Source: Candidatus Omnitrophota bacterium (GTDB taxonomy: Bacteria; Omnitrophota; Omnitrophia; Omnitrophales; Aquincolibacteriaceae). From it: a DNA stretch of 64,000 nt. Location: NCBI GenBank assembly GCA_041674705.1, contig JBAYVF010000004.1:38516-102515 (forward strand), written 5' to 3'. The position numbers and the translations under genes were made by a program. Under the pieces are notes generated by a model. The model ran no database searches, was not told where the DNA came from, and saw nothing but the letters and a program-made list of their open reading frames with translations. Shown here one piece after another: positions 31,716 to 42,080 of this stretch. Numbering within the stretch: position 1 is the stretch's first letter; every line of letters starts with the position of its first letter.

Positions 31716-34117
31716 AGCGTTTCAGTGTTTTGTTTTTGAGCTTGTCCTTCTGCGCGTTCCTTTCGTCGGCGGTTTTTGCCGAAGATGCCGCGAAGAAGAC
31801 GGCGACTGAACCCGCGGTGGCTTCTCCGGCGGCTCCCGTTTCAACCCCTCAAGCTCAGACTTCGACTTCCACTTCGCCCGCAACAGATTCCCAGCCCGCT
31901 CCGAGGATTGAAAAAACGGTCGTCGCCGTGGATGTTCGCGGGAATCGCATCGTGAGCACGAACACGATCTTGAGTAAGATCCAGACCAAGGAAGGGCTTG
32001 CCCTTAAACAGCAAACCGTCAACGAAGATATCAAGCGCCTTTATGCGACCGGATTTTTTGAGGATGTGAAACTGGAAGTGGAAGAACTTCCGGAAGGTTA
32101 CAAGCTGATCGTGGACGTCGACGAGAAGCCGATCATCAAGCAAATTACGCTCGAGGGGTTTACTTCTTTTAAAGAGGATAAGCTTCGCAAGACATTGGGC
32201 GTGATGGAAGGACAGATCCTGGATCGCAAGGCCGTCAAAAAAGGCGAGGAAGAGATCCGGAAGCTTTACGCGGACAAGGGATTCCGGTTCGTGGACCTTC
32301 AAACGGCGGTGAACGTGGACCCTCAAACCAAAGAAGCTGTGATCACGATCAAGGTCTTCGAAGGGAAAAAGTTCAAGATCACCAAGATCTCTTTCGAGGG
32401 GGCCAAAGCCTTCAAGCCCAAGCAGCTTGCCAAGCTCATGAAGACGAAGAAGCAAATATGGTTCCTGTTCGGCACGTTCAAAGAAGGTGACTTTGAAAAA
32501 GACCTCGAGAAGATCAGTTTCTTCTATCAAAAGGAAGGCTATCTGGACGTGAAGGTGTCTCCGGAGTTCAGTTATAACAAAGACAAGAATACGATCGAGA
32601 TCCTGATCAGGATCGACGAGGGGCAACATTATCTGACCGGTGAGATCAAGTTCAAGGGGAGTACCCTTTTCCCGGAGTCCGAGCTTTGGCAGCAACTCGA
32701 AATGCTTCCCGGCCTGACTTATTCGCAGTTCTATGTCGCGCAGGATATCGAAAAGCTCCGTCAGTTCTATGCCAACGAGGGTTATATCGAAGCTCGCGTG
32801 GTGCCTGACGTAAAATTGAACCGCGACAGCGGGAAAGTCGATATCACCTACGAGATCCAGGAAGGAGACCTTTATTTTGTGGAGAAGGTCCAGATCCGCG
32901 GAAACACCAAGACCCGCGACAAGGTCATCCGTCGCGAGCTTCGCATCCGCCCGGGCGAACGCTTTGACGGCAAGAAGATCGAAAAATCCAAGGAGCGCCT
33001 CCAGAACCTGAACTATTTTGAAGAGATCACCTATGATACCGAGCCTACGGATGCCGGGACAAATCGCAAAGACCTTATTTTCAGGGTGAAAGAAAAACGT
33101 ACGGGCGAGCTTTCCTTCGGCGGCGGCGTCAGTTCCATTGATACCTTCATGGGGTTTGCCGAGATCTCCCAACGCAATTTCGATATTCTCAACTGGCCGC
33201 GTTTCACGGGTGGTGGACAGTCGCTTTCGATCCGCGGGCAGATCGGTACGATCCACCAGGAATACGACGTCAGTTTCGTGGAACCGTACCTTTTTAACAA
33301 GCCGATCTCCTGGGGCACGAACCTTTTTGCCACTTCTCAAGACAACAAGAACACTCTTTTTGGCGAGAGACGCATGGGCGCTTCCACGACTTTATCGCGT
33401 CTTTTTAAAGATGTTCTCCGGGCGGGTGGCGGGTACACGCTGGAACGCGTGGAGCTCAGGGATATTGCGGACAATGCTCCCGTTTCGGTCACGGAATTTA
33501 AAGGGCCGGACTGGCTTTCCAGACTTCGTGCGTTCACGACCTTTGATAATCGAGATAGTGTCTTTGCCCCGACCAAAGGGCGCGTGATCAATCTCGCAGG
33601 CGAGCTGGTCGGAAGTTTTCTTGGCGGCGACCAGGAGTATTATATCCTGAGATCCGGATACACGGAGTACCTTACGTTCCATAAAAAGCATCAGATCGAA
33701 TTTCAGGCCAGGTTGGCTTCGGCTCAGTCGTTCGGGAAATCGTCCACAACGCCGGCCTATGACAGGTTCTTTGCCGGCGGCCTTGGTACGGTACGTGGTT
33801 TTGATTACCGGCGTGTGGGGCCTCAGGAAGAAGGGGAGGCCGTGGGCGGTCAGACCATGGCGATTGTGAATTTGGACTACACTTTTCCGCTTCCGTATCT
33901 TGACGCATTCCGCGGTGTGGTGTTTGTGGATGCGGGGAATGTTAGCAAGGATTCCTACAATATCGATTTCGGGAAATTTGCCGTAAGCGTGGGTCCCGGG
34001 ATCAAGGTCAAGACACCGATCGGGCCTTTGGCTTTTTATTATGGTCTTCCCATTGCAAACCGGGACACCAAGAACAGGAACGGTCGTTTTGAATTCAGTT
34101 TGAGCCGTAGTTTTTGA
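31712..34117 (+). CDS. bamA: Outer membrane protein assembly factor BamA
   Basis: Signal peptide, POTRA repeats, C-terminal 16-strand barrel ending ...FEFSLSRSF. Confidence 0.9.
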   Translation: MKRFSVLFLSLSFCAFLSSAVFAEDAAKKTATEPAVASPAAPVSTPQAQTSTSTSPATDSQPAPRIEKTVVAVDVRGNRIVSTNTILSKIQTKEGLALKQQTVNEDIKRLYATGFFEDVKLEVEELPEGYKLIVDVDEKPIIKQITLEGFTSFKEDKLRKTLGVMEGQILDRKAVKKGEEEIRKLYADKGFRFVDLQTAVNVDPQTKEAVITIKVFEGKKFKITKISFEGAKAFKPKQLAKLMKTKKQIWFLFGTFKEGDFEKDLEKISFFYQKEGYLDVKVSPEFSYNKDKNTIEILIRIDEGQHYLTGEIKFKGSTLFPESELWQQLEMLPGLTYSQFYVAQDIEKLRQFYANEGYIEARVVPDVKLNRDSGKVDITYEIQEGDLYFVEKVQIRGNTKTRDKVIRRELRIRPGERFDGKKIEKSKERLQNLNYFEEITYDTEPTDAGTNRKDLIFRVKEKRTGELSFGGGVSSIDTFMGFAEISQRNFDILNWPRFTGGGQSLSIRGQIGTIHQEYDVSFVEPYLFNKPISWGTNLFATSQDNKNTLFGERRMGASTTLSRLFKDVLRAGGGYTLERVELRDIADNAPVSVTEFKGPDWLSRLRAFTTFDNRDSVFAPTKGRVINLAGELVGSFLGGDQEYYILRSGYTEYLTFHKKHQIEFQARLASAQSFGKSSTTPAYDRFFAGGLGTVRGFDYRRVGPQEEGEAVGGQTMAIVNLDYTFPLPYLDAFRGVVFVDAGNVSKDSYNIDFGKFAVSVGPGIKVKTPIGPLAFYYGLPIANRDTKNRNGRFEFSLSRSF

Positions 34118-34240
34118 TCGGGCGCTTGTTTCGCCCGATCATCCTGAGCGACTGAACGTATTTTGTGAGGGAGTCGAAGGATTCCCTTTGAGGTGAAGTA
34201 GGATTTTAATTCCATTCTAATCTAAAAAAGGAGAGATACC

Positions 34241-34753
34241 ATGAACCGTAAAATGATAGCAGGTTTTCTGGCGGCGTTGATGATGTTGGGCCTGAGCTTT
34301 CCGGCTTTCGCGGCGGAGATGAAGGTTGCCTATGTCGATGTGGGCGAGGTTTTTGACAATTACCAAAAGACCAAGGATCAGGATCTGGTGCTGAAGACCG
34401 CGGGAGAAGCCAAGGAAAAAGAACGTAATGAAATGGCGACCAAGATCCGCTCGATGGAAGATGAAATAGCCCTTCTCGCGGCGGATGCCCGCGCTGCCAA
34501 GCAGGAGCAATTGATCGAAAAGAAGCGTCAGCTTGAGGATTTTGATCGCAATGTGCGTCAGCAACTCGCAGAACAGCGCGATAAGGTGGTTCGCGAGATC
34601 TTCCAGGAGATCGATGTGATCGTTCAGGATCTTTCGGCCAAGGGCGGTTATGACATGATCTTCAATAAACGCGTGCTTCTTGCCCAGAAAAAGAATTTTG
34701 ACATTACGCCGCAAGTTTCTGCGGAGCTCGCGAAGAAATACAAAAAGGCTTAA
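34241..34753 (+). CDS. skp: OmpH/Skp periplasmic chaperone
   Basis: Signal peptide plus coiled-coil OmpH fold. Lies downstream of bamA. Confidence 0.8.
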   Translation: MNRKMIAGFLAALMMLGLSFPAFAAEMKVAYVDVGEVFDNYQKTKDQDLVLKTAGEAKEKERNEMATKIRSMEDEIALLAADARAAKQEQLIEKKRQLEDFDRNVRQQLAEQRDKVVREIFQEIDVIVQDLSAKGGYDMIFNKRVLLAQKKNFDITPQVSAELAKKYKKA

Positions 34754-34766
34754 AGCTTTAGGGATC

Positions 34767-36047
34767 ATGAAACAAAAGACGCTCAAAACCCAAGCTGTTT
34801 TCGAAGGGACGGGGCTCCATACCGGTCACAAGGTGACGGTATGCGTGCGTCCGGCTTCGGAGAATGCGGGCATTCTCTTTTGCCGTGTCGATCTGGCCCC
34901 GGACCTCAAGGTCCGGGCCTCGATCGAGAATGTCTGTTCCGACGAAGCTCGCCAGACCGCCATTGTGGTAGGCAGCGGTCGTGTCCGTACGATCGAGCAT
35001 CTCATGGCGGCTTTCCACGGGCTCGGGATCGATAACGCCTTAGTCGAGATCGACGGGGAAGAAGTGCCCGGGATGGACGGGAGCGCTCTGGAGTTTACGA
35101 AGGCCCTCATTGCCTCCGGTTTCGAGGAGCAGAACGCTCCGCGAAAGTTTCTTGAGATCAAAGAACCGGTGTATGTCGATCAAGGGGACCAGTCGATCGT
35201 GCTTTTGCCGGCCCCGACATTTTCGATCTCCTATATGTTGAGCTATCGCGATGCGAACCTTTTGGACCAGTACCTGTCGCTTCCGATCGTGCCGGAGATC
35301 TTTGAACGAGAGCTGGCGTCGGCTCGCACCTTTTGTCTTAAAAAAGAAGCCGAGCTCTTGCTGTCCCAGGGATTTGGCAAAGGGGCGAATCCTACCAACA
35401 CGCTTATTTTTGAAAAGAACAAACCCCTCCAGAACACTTTAAGGTTTGAAAACGAAGCGTGTCGCCATAAAATGATGGATATCCTGGGCGATCTGTTTTT
35501 ATGCGGAAAATTCATCCGCGGGCATGTGATCGCTTCCCGAAGTGGCCATGCCCTAAACGTCGAACTCGTGAGGAAACTGATGATGAACACTCCCGCTGAA
35601 CCCAAACCGCTCTCCAGGACGCTCAATGTGGAAGAGATCCAAAAGATCATCCCGCACCGCTACCCCTTTCTTTTTGTGGACCGGATCGAGAATTTTGAAC
35701 CGGGAACGCGTGCCACAGGTTTCAAACAGGTCACGATGAACGACTATTTTTTTCAGGGGCATTTCCCGGGTCATCCCGTGATGCCGGGGGTGTTGATCGT
35801 GGAAGCCATGGCGCAAGTCGGTGGCGTGATCATGCTGGGAGAGCCCGAGAATCGGGGCAAGATCGCCTACTTCATGAGCGTGGATGCCGTCAAGTGGCGC
35901 ACCCCGGTCCTTCCGGGAGATACGCTCCGGATGGAGGTCGAGGTTTTGAAGAAACGCGCCAAGTTTGGTCAATGTTCCGGCAAGGCTTATGTGGGTGATA
36001 AACTTGCATGCGAAGCGGATGTGAAATTCGCTGTGGTGGATGCGTGA
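34767..36047 (+). CDS. lpxC/fabZ: Bifunctional UDP-3-O-acyl-GlcNAc deacetylase / 3-hydroxyacyl-ACP dehydratase (LpxC-FabZ fusion)
   Basis: N-terminal LpxC (TLKTQAVFEGTGLHTG...HALNVEL). C-terminal FabZ hotdog (FQGHFPGHPVMPGVLIVEAMAQ). Start moved to MKQKTLK. Confidence 0.85.
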   Translation: MKQKTLKTQAVFEGTGLHTGHKVTVCVRPASENAGILFCRVDLAPDLKVRASIENVCSDEARQTAIVVGSGRVRTIEHLMAAFHGLGIDNALVEIDGEEVPGMDGSALEFTKALIASGFEEQNAPRKFLEIKEPVYVDQGDQSIVLLPAPTFSISYMLSYRDANLLDQYLSLPIVPEIFERELASARTFCLKKEAELLLSQGFGKGANPTNTLIFEKNKPLQNTLRFENEACRHKMMDILGDLFLCGKFIRGHVIASRSGHALNVELVRKLMMNTPAEPKPLSRTLNVEEIQKIIPHRYPFLFVDRIENFEPGTRATGFKQVTMNDYFFQGHFPGHPVMPGVLIVEAMAQVGGVIMLGEPENRGKIAYFMSVDAVKWRTPVLPGDTLRMEVEVLKKRAKFGQCSGKAYVGDKLACEADVKFAVVDA

Positions 36048-36814
36048 AGATTCATCCGACGGCGATCGTTCATCCGGACGCCATTTTGGGCGACGGGGTG
36101 GAGATCGGCCCTTGGGCGATCATTGCCGGGACGGTGAAGATCGGCGCGCGCACGAAGGTCGGGCCGCGCGTGACAATTGAAGGACACACCACGATCGGTG
36201 AAGATAATGAGATTTTTACCGGCGCGGTTGTTGGCAGCCTGACGCAGGACAAAAAAGCCGATGGTGGCGTGAGTTATCTGAAGATCGGCGACCGCAACAC
36301 GATCCGCGAATATGCGACCCTGAACCCCGGTACTTTAAATGGCACCGAAACCGTGGTCGGAAATGATAATCTTCTGATGGCCTACGCGCACGTGGCGCAT
36401 GATTGTATTATCCAAAATGGCGTAACCCTTGCCAATAACGCGACACTTGCGGGCCATGTGATCGTGGAGGATCAAGCGATCATCGGGGGGCTTTCCGCGG
36501 TCCATCAATTCGTCCGGATCGGAAAATTGTCGATCACGGGGGGATGCTCCAAAGTCGTGCAGGACATTCCTCCCTTTATGATGGTCGACGGCCATCCGGC
36601 ACATGCCTTTGGCATCAATGCCGTGGGGCTCGATCGCGCGGGATTTTCCAAGGAAGAAAAATCCGCCATCAAAAAGGCCTTCAAGATCATCTTCAAATCG
36701 GGCCTTATCTTAAAGAACGTTATCAAACAGATCCAGCAAGACATCCCCCTGAGTCCTTCCATTCAGACGATCCTCGCATTCCTGGAGACGTCCGAACGTG
36801 GCATTTGCGGATAA
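36044..36814 (+). CDS. lpxA: Acyl-ACP--UDP-N-acetylglucosamine O-acyltransferase
   Basis: GTG start overlapping the fabZ stop (GTGA). Hexapeptide repeats. (V)KIHPTAIVHPDAILGDGVEIGP. Confidence 0.85.
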   Translation: MKIHPTAIVHPDAILGDGVEIGPWAIIAGTVKIGARTKVGPRVTIEGHTTIGEDNEIFTGAVVGSLTQDKKADGGVSYLKIGDRNTIREYATLNPGTLNGTETVVGNDNLLMAYAHVAHDCIIQNGVTLANNATLAGHVIVEDQAIIGGLSAVHQFVRIGKLSITGGCSKVVQDIPPFMMVDGHPAHAFGINAVGLDRAGFSKEEKSAIKKAFKIIFKSGLILKNVIKQIQQDIPLSPSIQTILAFLETSERGICG

Positions 36815-36917
36815 GGTCCGCTTGAAGTCGGTATTTCGGGCCGTTCCCCCAGTGGTCGAATTCGCAGGGGATGAAGCCGATATCTCTTTCTGATATAATC
36901 TCTGGCGAGGTGAACTT

Positions 36918-37733
36918 ATGAAGACCATGGGCATTATCGCGGGCAACGGTCGTTTTCCCATTCTGGTGGCGGAAGAAGCCAAGCGGGCGGGATACCGGGT
37001 CGTGACCTGCGCCATTGAACAGGAAGCCGAACCGGCTCTGGAAAAACTTTCGGACGCTTTCTCGTGGGTCAAAGTGGGCGAGCTTAAAAAGCTGTCGAAA
37101 TTCCTCAAAGACGAAGGTGCTCACGAAGCCATCATGGCCGGCAAGATCGAGAAAGTGCGTTTCTTTAAGGAAAACGTCCGGTTCGATCTCGATATGATGG
37201 GAGTTCTTGTAAAGCTGAAGGACCACAAAGATGACTCCCTCCTCGGGGGTATTGCGGATTACCTCTTTAAAAAAGGCATCGTGCTCCAGGATTCAACCCT
37301 CCTTCTCAAAGATATGATGCCGGGCCCCGGCTTGCTTGGGAAAAGGAAACCCTCGAAAGCCGTTATGGACAATATTGATTTTGGCTTTGAAATGGCGCAA
37401 AAGATCTCGGGCGCGGACATCGGACAAACCGTGGTCGTGAAGAACAAGGCCGTACTCGCGGTCGAGGCCATTGAAGGCACCGACGAAGCGATACGCCGCG
37501 GCGGGGCGCTCGGGCGCGGTAAGATCGTTGTGGTGAAGATCGCCAAGCCAAATCAGGATATGCGTTTTGATGTGCCGGCGGTGGGCTTAAAGACCCTGGA
37601 GGGGTTGATCGAAGCGCAGGCTGTGGCTTTCGCATTTGAGGCCCATAAGACTCTTTTTATCGGCAAAGATATTTTTGTGGAGCAAGCCAATCGCGCGGGC
37701 ATCGTTCTTTACGGCGTGAGCGACCGGCCTTAA
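36918..37733 (+). CDS. lpxI: UDP-2,3-diacylglucosamine diphosphatase LpxI (DUF1009 family)
   Basis: About 270 aa with an N-terminus of LpxI/DUF1009 type (IAGNGRFP). Lies downstream of lpxA. Confidence 0.65.
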   Translation: MKTMGIIAGNGRFPILVAEEAKRAGYRVVTCAIEQEAEPALEKLSDAFSWVKVGELKKLSKFLKDEGAHEAIMAGKIEKVRFFKENVRFDLDMMGVLVKLKDHKDDSLLGGIADYLFKKGIVLQDSTLLLKDMMPGPGLLGKRKPSKAVMDNIDFGFEMAQKISGADIGQTVVVKNKAVLAVEAIEGTDEAIRRGGALGRGKIVVVKIAKPNQDMRFDVPAVGLKTLEGLIEAQAVAFAFEAHKTLFIGKDIFVEQANRAGIVLYGVSDRP

Positions 37734-37746
37734 TGCTGGGGAAAAT

Positions 37747-39333
37747 ATGAGCAGTGAAAAAATAAAACCTACCGTAGGTTTGAAGCGTGAGATCCAGGAG
37801 CTCAGTGTGCTCTATGAGATCACCCGGCATATGACGGCCCCATTCCCGATCGAGGAGCGGATGAGGAAAGCGCTGGATGTGCTCCATGAAAAAATGGGCA
37901 TGCACCGCGGAACCTTGACGCTTCTGGATGCGGATGGTGAGAGCCTGACGATCGAGATCGCCCATGGCCTGGACGATCAGGCGAAAAAGAAAGGGCGCTA
38001 CAAGATCGGCGAAGGTATTACCGGAAAAGTCGTGGAGGCGGGAGAGCCGATCGCGGTGCCGAATATTGGGGAAGAACCGCTTTTTCTTAACCGCACCGGA
38101 GCCCGGAAAGATTTCCGGCGCAACCGGATCGCTTTCATCTGTGTCCCTATCAAGATCGACCAAGAGACCATTGGCGCGCTCAGCGTGGACCGCCTTTTCG
38201 AAGGCAATATTTCTCTGGACGAAGATCTAAGGCTTCTGACCATTATCAGCTCCATCCTTGCGCAAACCGTTGCCAGTTACCGACTTCGCGAAAAGGAAAA
38301 AGCGAAGCTCCAGTTCGAGAATGTCGAATTGAAGCGCGAACTTGCCAAGAAATTCCATCCAGCTAACATCATCGGGAAAAGCAAGCGCATGGAAGAAGTT
38401 TATGAGGCCATCGATATGGTGAGCCGGACGCGCTCGACCGTGCTGCTCCGGGGTGAAACAGGGACCGGAAAAGAATTGGTGGCGCATGCGATCCATTATG
38501 GAAGTTTCCGCTCGAAAGGGCCGTTCGTGAAGGTGTCCTGCGCGGCATTACCGGAAACTCTCCTCGAGAGCGAGCTCTTTGGGTATGAAAAGGGCGCTTT
38601 TACCGGGGCGGTCGCAAGAAAACTGGGGCGTTTTGAGCTGGCCGACGGCGGGACTCTTTTCCTCGATGAGATCGGGGATATCTCAGCCTCAATGCAGGTT
38701 AAGCTTTTGCGGGCACTCCAGGAGCGGGAGTTCGAGCGCGTGGGCGGGACCCAGACGATTCGCGTGGATGTGCGGGTTATCGCGGCGACGAACCGTGATC
38801 TTGAAAAAGCGATCCAGGAAAAGCAGTTCCGGGAAGATCTCTATTACCGGCTCAATGTAGTGCCGATCCTTTTGCCCTCTTTAAGGGAAAGGCGGGAAGA
38901 TATTCCGCTTCTTGTCGCGCATTTCTTGAAAAGGGCAGATCTTGAAAACGGGAAAAAAGTGAAGTATGTTTCCGACGATGCCATGAAGTATTTGATGGGT
39001 TATTCTTGGCCCGGCAATATCCGGGAGCTTGAGAACGCGATCGAACGGGCTGTGATCCATTGCAAGACCGATACGCTTGAAACCGATCTTTTTCCGATAC
39101 CGGGATCCAAAGGCCATCCGGTTATGATCCAGCCCAAGCCTTTTGAATCCTCGATCGGGGAAAAGGGTGAAGATGTTCCAGGGGATCTTCCGAGCGCTGT
39201 TGAAAAGCTTGAAAAGAAGTTGATCCAGGAGGCTCTTCGCTCCAATGCCGGGAATCAGCGCAAGACGGCCAAGGCGCTTGGAGTGACGGAGCGTATCCTT
39301 GGGTACAAGATCAAACAGTATGGTCTGAAGTAG
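37747..39333 (+). CDS. Sigma54-dependent transcriptional activator with N-terminal GAF domain and C-terminal Fis-type HTH (NifA/NtrC-like, no receiver domain)
   Basis: AAA+ sigma54-interaction domain ([29 protein letters not shown]-equivalent). C-terminal [22 protein letters not shown]. Confidence 0.85.
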   Translation: MSSEKIKPTVGLKREIQELSVLYEITRHMTAPFPIEERMRKALDVLHEKMGMHRGTLTLLDADGESLTIEIAHGLDDQAKKKGRYKIGEGITGKVVEAGEPIAVPNIGEEPLFLNRTGARKDFRRNRIAFICVPIKIDQETIGALSVDRLFEGNISLDEDLRLLTIISSILAQTVASYRLREKEKAKLQFENVELKRELAKKFHPANIIGKSKRMEEVYEAIDMVSRTRSTVLLRGETGTGKELVAHAIHYGSFRSKGPFVKVSCAALPETLLESELFGYEKGAFTGAVARKLGRFELADGGTLFLDEIGDISASMQVKLLRALQEREFERVGGTQTIRVDVRVIAATNRDLEKAIQEKQFREDLYYRLNVVPILLPSLRERREDIPLLVAHFLKRADLENGKKVKYVSDDAMKYLMGYSWPGNIRELENAIERAVIHCKTDTLETDLFPIPGSKGHPVMIQPKPFESSIGEKGEDVPGDLPSAVEKLEKKLIQEALRSNAGNQRKTAKALGVTERILGYKIKQYGLK

Positions 39334-39340
39334 CGGGTTC

Positions 39341-39383
39341 CTACAAAATTGTAGTTATTTCCCCCAAGACAACAATTTTGTGG
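39341..39383. promoter_or_regulatory. Two inverted copies of the motif CYACAAAATTGTWG (CTACAAAATTGTAG and CAACAATTTTGTGG), a putative upstream activator site for glnN
   Basis: Located at 39341-39354 and 39370-39383, 50-95 bp upstream of the sigma54 -24 element. Confidence 0.45.
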
Positions 39384-39433
39384 TTTTATATCTCAGATGG
39401 AGTGAATCCCTAGGGGTGAAATAGCTAAGAAAT

Positions 39434-39449
39434 TGGCATAGAAATTGCT
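39434..39449 (+). promoter_or_regulatory. Sigma54 promoter (TGGCAT-N5-TTGCT) for glutamine synthetase
   Basis: GG-N10-GC spacing is exact. Lies 80 nt upstream of the ATG. Confidence 0.6.
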
Positions 39450-39528
39450 AATTAGGAATGGGGTTCTTTTACGTCTTCATGAAAAGAAGCTGAATTAACA
39501 AGCTATTCAAACAAAAAAGGGGGATGTT

Positions 39529-41670
39529 ATGTGCGAAGATAAGGCCTGTCAGTGCAGTTCTAAAAATGTGGATGTGCCGAAGATTTTTGGAAGTAACGTT
39601 TTTAATGATCGGACCATGAGAGAACGTCTCCCCAAAGAGACCTATAAAGCTCTCAAGAAAACGATCCAGCAAGGACTTCCGCTTTCGCCCGAGGTGGCCA
39701 ATGTGGTTGCCAATGCGATGAAGGATTGGGCTATTGAAAAAGGTGCGACGCATTACACCCATTGGTTTCAGCCGCTCACTGGCCGTACCGCGGAAAAACA
39801 TGATTCTTTTATCTCTCCGACCGACGATGGTAGCGTGATCATGGAGTTCTCCGGGAAGCAATTGGCTCAAGGTGAACCAGATGCATCGTCTTTTCCGAGC
39901 GGGGGTCTTCGCTCCACATTTGAAGCGCGTGGCTATACGGCGTGGGATTGCACCTCTCCCGCATTCCTCAAAGAGGATGCTTCGGGGAATGTGACTCTTG
40001 CCATTCCGACGGCTTTTTGTTCTTATACGAGCGAAGCGCTTGATAAAAAAACGCCGCTTCTTCGTTCCATGGAAGCAGTTTCCAAACAGGCCATTCGCGT
40101 TTTAAAAGCCCTCGGCAACAAAACCGCAAAGCGCGTGACCTCGACGGTCGGTCCTGAGCAGGAATATTTCCTGATCGACAAGACCTGCTATGAAAAACGT
40201 CTCGATCTGATCGTTTCCGGGAGGACGCTTTTCGGCGCCCCTTCGCCCAAGGGACAGGAGTTGGAAGATCAGTATTTTGGCGCGATCAAAGATCGTATTG
40301 CCGATTTCATGAGGGATCTGGATATCGAACTTTGGAAGATGGGGATCTCTTCCAAGACCAAGCACAACGAAGTGGCGCCCGCGCAGTATGAAATGGCGCC
40401 GATCTATTCCACGACCAACATCGCGGCGGATCACAATCAACTTGTGATGGAAACCATGCAGAAAGTGGCGCTTCGCCACGGCCTTGTGTGCCTCCTTCAT
40501 GAGAAGCCGTTTGCGGGCGTGAATGGTTCTGGCAAGCATAACAACTGGTCGCTTTCGACCGACGATGGACAAAATCTTCTTGAGCCGGGGAAGACGCCTT
40601 CTGAGAACGAGCAGTTCTTGATCTTTGTAAGCGCCCTTCTCATGGCAGTGGATCGTCATGCTGACAAGCTTCGCGCGAGTTGCGGCAATCCCGGGAATGA
40701 TCTACGGCTCGGCGCGAACGAAGCTCCTCCTGCCATTATTTCGGTTTTTATGGGGGAAGAGTTCACGGAGATTTTGGAAGGTATCGCTAAGGGGAAAAAA
40801 GTGGAGTCCCGTGGCCAGAGTTTTCTTCATATCGGGGTCGATGCCTTACCTCCGCTCCCGAAGGACAATACCGATCGTAACCGCACATCGCCTTTCGCGT
40901 TCACGGGGAACAAGTTCGAATTCCGCATGGTTGGCTCCTCGGCCTCCATTTCGGGACCGAATATCGTGATCAATACTATTGTTGCGGAAGCGTTGGATGA
41001 GATTGCGACGCGTCTTGAAAAGGCCGGCAAGAACGGTCTGAACAAAGAAGCAACCGCAATCGTTCGCGACGCAGTGAAAAAGCATGGGCGTATCATTTTT
41101 AACGGGAACAACTACTCCGATGAGTGGGTTGCAGAAGCCAAGAAGCGCGGTCTGCCGAACATCAAGACCGGCATCGAAGCTCTGGGCTACATGGCGACGC
41201 CTCAGGCAGAGAAGCTCTTCGACAAGTACCAGGTGCTTTCTCCCAAGGAGCTCCATTCCCGTTATGAGATCTACTTGGAAGCCTATGTAAAGCATGTGAA
41301 TATCGAAGCTCAGGCATCCGTCCAGATGGTCAAGCGGCTCTTTATGCCTGCAGGGATAAAGTTTGCCGCCGAGCTCGCAGGGGGGATCGGAGCTTTAAAA
41401 TCAGCTGCGGCTTCGGTGACGGTCCAGAAAGCATTGCTCACAACTGTGAGCGGCCTTTTATCAACCGCTTCGGAAAAGCTTGCGGTACTTGAAGCTTCAA
41501 TCGATAAGGCGCACCATGTATCGGATGTGGCCAAACGTGCCGAGGCATTCCGAGACAAAGTCGTTGTGGTGATGAATGCTCTTCGCAAGGACATCGATGC
41601 GCTTGAAGGCGTGACTCCGACTGAAATTTGGCCGGTTCCCACTTACGCGGAGATGCTCTTCAAGTTGTAA
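39529..41670 (+). CDS. glnN: Glutamine synthetase type III
   Basis: 713 aa, the size typical of GSIII. The catalytic region shows the Gln-synt_C hallmark residues of a type III GS. Confidence 0.8.
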   Translation: MCEDKACQCSSKNVDVPKIFGSNVFNDRTMRERLPKETYKALKKTIQQGLPLSPEVANVVANAMKDWAIEKGATHYTHWFQPLTGRTAEKHDSFISPTDDGSVIMEFSGKQLAQGEPDASSFPSGGLRSTFEARGYTAWDCTSPAFLKEDASGNVTLAIPTAFCSYTSEALDKKTPLLRSMEAVSKQAIRVLKALGNKTAKRVTSTVGPEQEYFLIDKTCYEKRLDLIVSGRTLFGAPSPKGQELEDQYFGAIKDRIADFMRDLDIELWKMGISSKTKHNEVAPAQYEMAPIYSTTNIAADHNQLVMETMQKVALRHGLVCLLHEKPFAGVNGSGKHNNWSLSTDDGQNLLEPGKTPSENEQFLIFVSALLMAVDRHADKLRASCGNPGNDLRLGANEAPPAIISVFMGEEFTEILEGIAKGKKVESRGQSFLHIGVDALPPLPKDNTDRNRTSPFAFTGNKFEFRMVGSSASISGPNIVINTIVAEALDEIATRLEKAGKNGLNKEATAIVRDAVKKHGRIIFNGNNYSDEWVAEAKKRGLPNIKTGIEALGYMATPQAEKLFDKYQVLSPKELHSRYEIYLEAYVKHVNIEAQASVQMVKRLFMPAGIKFAAELAGGIGALKSAAASVTVQKALLTTVSGLLSTASEKLAVLEASIDKAHHVSDVAKRAEAFRDKVVVVMNALRKDIDALEGVTPTEIWPVPTYAEMLFKL

Positions 41671-41848
41671 GGCGCGATTTTAAGCGCACTTATCTGGTTC
41701 GACATAGCTTACCACCTTGAGTGAAGTCGAAGGGCTGAGCAAGCCCGAAGGGCGCGCCGAAGGATATCCTTCGACTCCTTCGCAAAAGGCTCACTCGCTC
41801 AGGATGATTAGGGTTGGTGTTACCAACCCTAAACAATCAGGGCAAGGC

Positions 41849-41888
41849 AGGCGGGTTTCCTCATCCCCTGAGGGACCCGCCTTTTTTT
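41849..41888 (+). terminator. Rho-independent terminator of glnN
   Basis: AGGCGGGT...ACCCGCC stem followed by TTTTTTT. It is preceded by three further hairpins (41745-41795, and TAGGGTTGGT-gtt-ACCAACCCTA at about 41805-41828). Confidence 0.6.
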
Positions 41889-41962
41889 ATTGAGACTGTC
41901 CTGATGTTCTCGCAATAAATTCCCGCAAAAATACACACATCTTTCGGCCCATTCACTCGATT

Positions 41963-41978
41963 TGGCATGGCTCTTGCA
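41963..41978 (+). promoter_or_regulatory. Sigma54 promoter (TGGCAT-N5-TTGCA) for amt1-glnK1
   Basis: Exact -24/-12 consensus and spacing. Confidence 0.6.
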
Positions 41979-42080
41979 CCTATATGATGGCTCTAGAGTA
42001 CGAGTGGTTTTTATAGGCATAAAAATACAAAAATGTGCGACAAATTCGTGGAGAATCAAACCTTTGAAAGGGAGGAGCAA

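Noticed and set aside
31841-33340. 499-aa minus-strand ORF
   Set aside because: It is antisense to bamA. No motifs were found.
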